DNA from: a virus | Taxonomy: Duplodnaviria > Heunggongvirae > Uroviricota > Caudoviricetes | Strand: one strand, 5' to 3' | DNA: 64,000 bases | Virus record (IMG/VR): IMGVR_UViG_2740892119_000002 | Shown: positions 63,264-64,000 of the stretch, one piece after another | How positions within the stretch are numbered: the stretch's first letter is position 1 | How the letters are laid out: each line of letters starts with the position of its first letter | The notes under the pieces: model-generated | What the model saw: only the letters and a program-made list of their open reading frames with translations | Told to the model about the DNA's origin: nothing | Database searches by the model: none | Translations under genes and position numbers: made by a program

Positions 63264-64000
63264 ATGAATGACGTTACAGTTGTTACATCGGTTACTTACC
63301 CATCACCCGAGTCGTTGGCTCTGGTGGCTGATGTGCAATACCACGAACCATATCTGTCAGCCGCTCTAAACCGAAAATTCAGGGGAATTGTTGACCCGGG
63401 ATTTTATGCTGGTTTCTTGCCTAAGCCTGGCGGTGGAATGAACCTGTTAATCACCTCAGTGGATGGAGATAAAACCGCTGGCGCGGCGTCAGTGGATATT
63501 GGTGAATTCTACCAGGTAACTATTCAGCATCGTAAGGATATCTCTCTTGCACTTAACGCAGGCAAGAAATATGCAATTGTGCTGAAGGGAAGATACCTTC
63601 TTGGAGAAGATACCTATCAGGTGAATACCGCGTCACATATTCATGCAGCTGAATTTGTTGCCAGAACCTATACCGATTCATATCAGTTAGGTGATGGGGA
63701 ACTGCTGGTTTGTACGGTGAATATCCCTGCTGGCGTATCTACCATTACTCAAGAGATGATTGATACATCCGAGCGTATCAACCGCACGATCGGCATTGAT
63801 ATTTCAGACTCTGTAACCAGTACCAGAAGTGATGTTGCTGCGAGTTCGCTGGCAGTTAAAAAAGCCTACGATCTGGCGAAAAGCAAGTATACGGCGCAGG
63901 ATGCAAGCACAACGCAAAAGGGATTAGTTCAGCTCAGTAGTGCCACTAACAGTACGTCCGAAGTGCTGGCCGCCACACCGAAAGCTGTCAAGGCTGCATA
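63264..64000 (+). CDS. tail fibre protein, N-terminal part; runs off the window end
   Basis: Open frame from ATG at 63264 (MNDVTVVTSVTYPSPESL...) to the window end; not in the ORF track because no stop is reached. Confidence 0.7.
   Translation, partial: MNDVTVVTSVTYPSPESLALVADVQYHEPYLSAALNRKFRGIVDPGFYAGFLPKPGGGMNLLITSVDGDKTAGAASVDIGEFYQVTIQHRKDISLALNAGKKYAIVLKGRYLLGEDTYQVNTASHIHAAEFVARTYTDSYQLGDGELLVCTVNIPAGVSTITQEMIDTSERINRTIGIDISDSVTSTRSDVAASSLAVKKAYDLAKSKYTAQDASTTQKGLVQLSSATNSTSEVLAATPKAVKAA

Overview
This window reads as about two-thirds of a P1-family phage-plasmid (P1/P7-like myovirus that is maintained as a plasmid), in inverted orientation relative to the usual P1 map. All calls come from reading the six-frame translations and the DNA by eye and from memory of P1 biology; no search was run, so gene symbols are given only where the protein or site is recognisable. 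Order along the window: c1 (3' end) - pacB/pacA with the hexamer-repeat pac site - lpa - pdcB-like - doc/phd - humD with a LexA box - hot - about 10 kb of small minus-strand accessory genes, several lambdoid-like - a HAD-phosphatase/coiled-coil operon behind paired C1 operators - glycosyltransferase-like genes and a lambda-type Ser/Thr phosphatase - plus-strand baseplate operon - GT4-like gene - ban - tRNA-Ile2 - SPFH lipoprotein - structured repeat array - tRNA-Thr and tRNA-Asn - dmt - hrdC - PAAR-like and spanin-like genes - oriR/incC iterons - repA - incA iterons - parA/parB - head and sheath genes - hok-like toxin - TnpB-only IS200/IS605-type element - repL - kilA - ant/icd/c4 - AT-rich sim-like secreted-protein genes - tail, Sit tape-measure/transglycosylase, baseplate and the start of a tail-fibre gene. 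Copies of the 17-bp C1 operator (ATTGCTCTAATAAATTT) sit in front of most early operons. No integrase, attachment site or CRISPR array is present. The best candidates for something undescribed are the structured tRNA-like repeat array inside the C1-controlled tRNA-ban operon, the lambdoid-like cargo block between hot and the HAD-phosphatase operon, and the glycosyltransferase-rich gene set; none can be confirmed without homology and structure searches.
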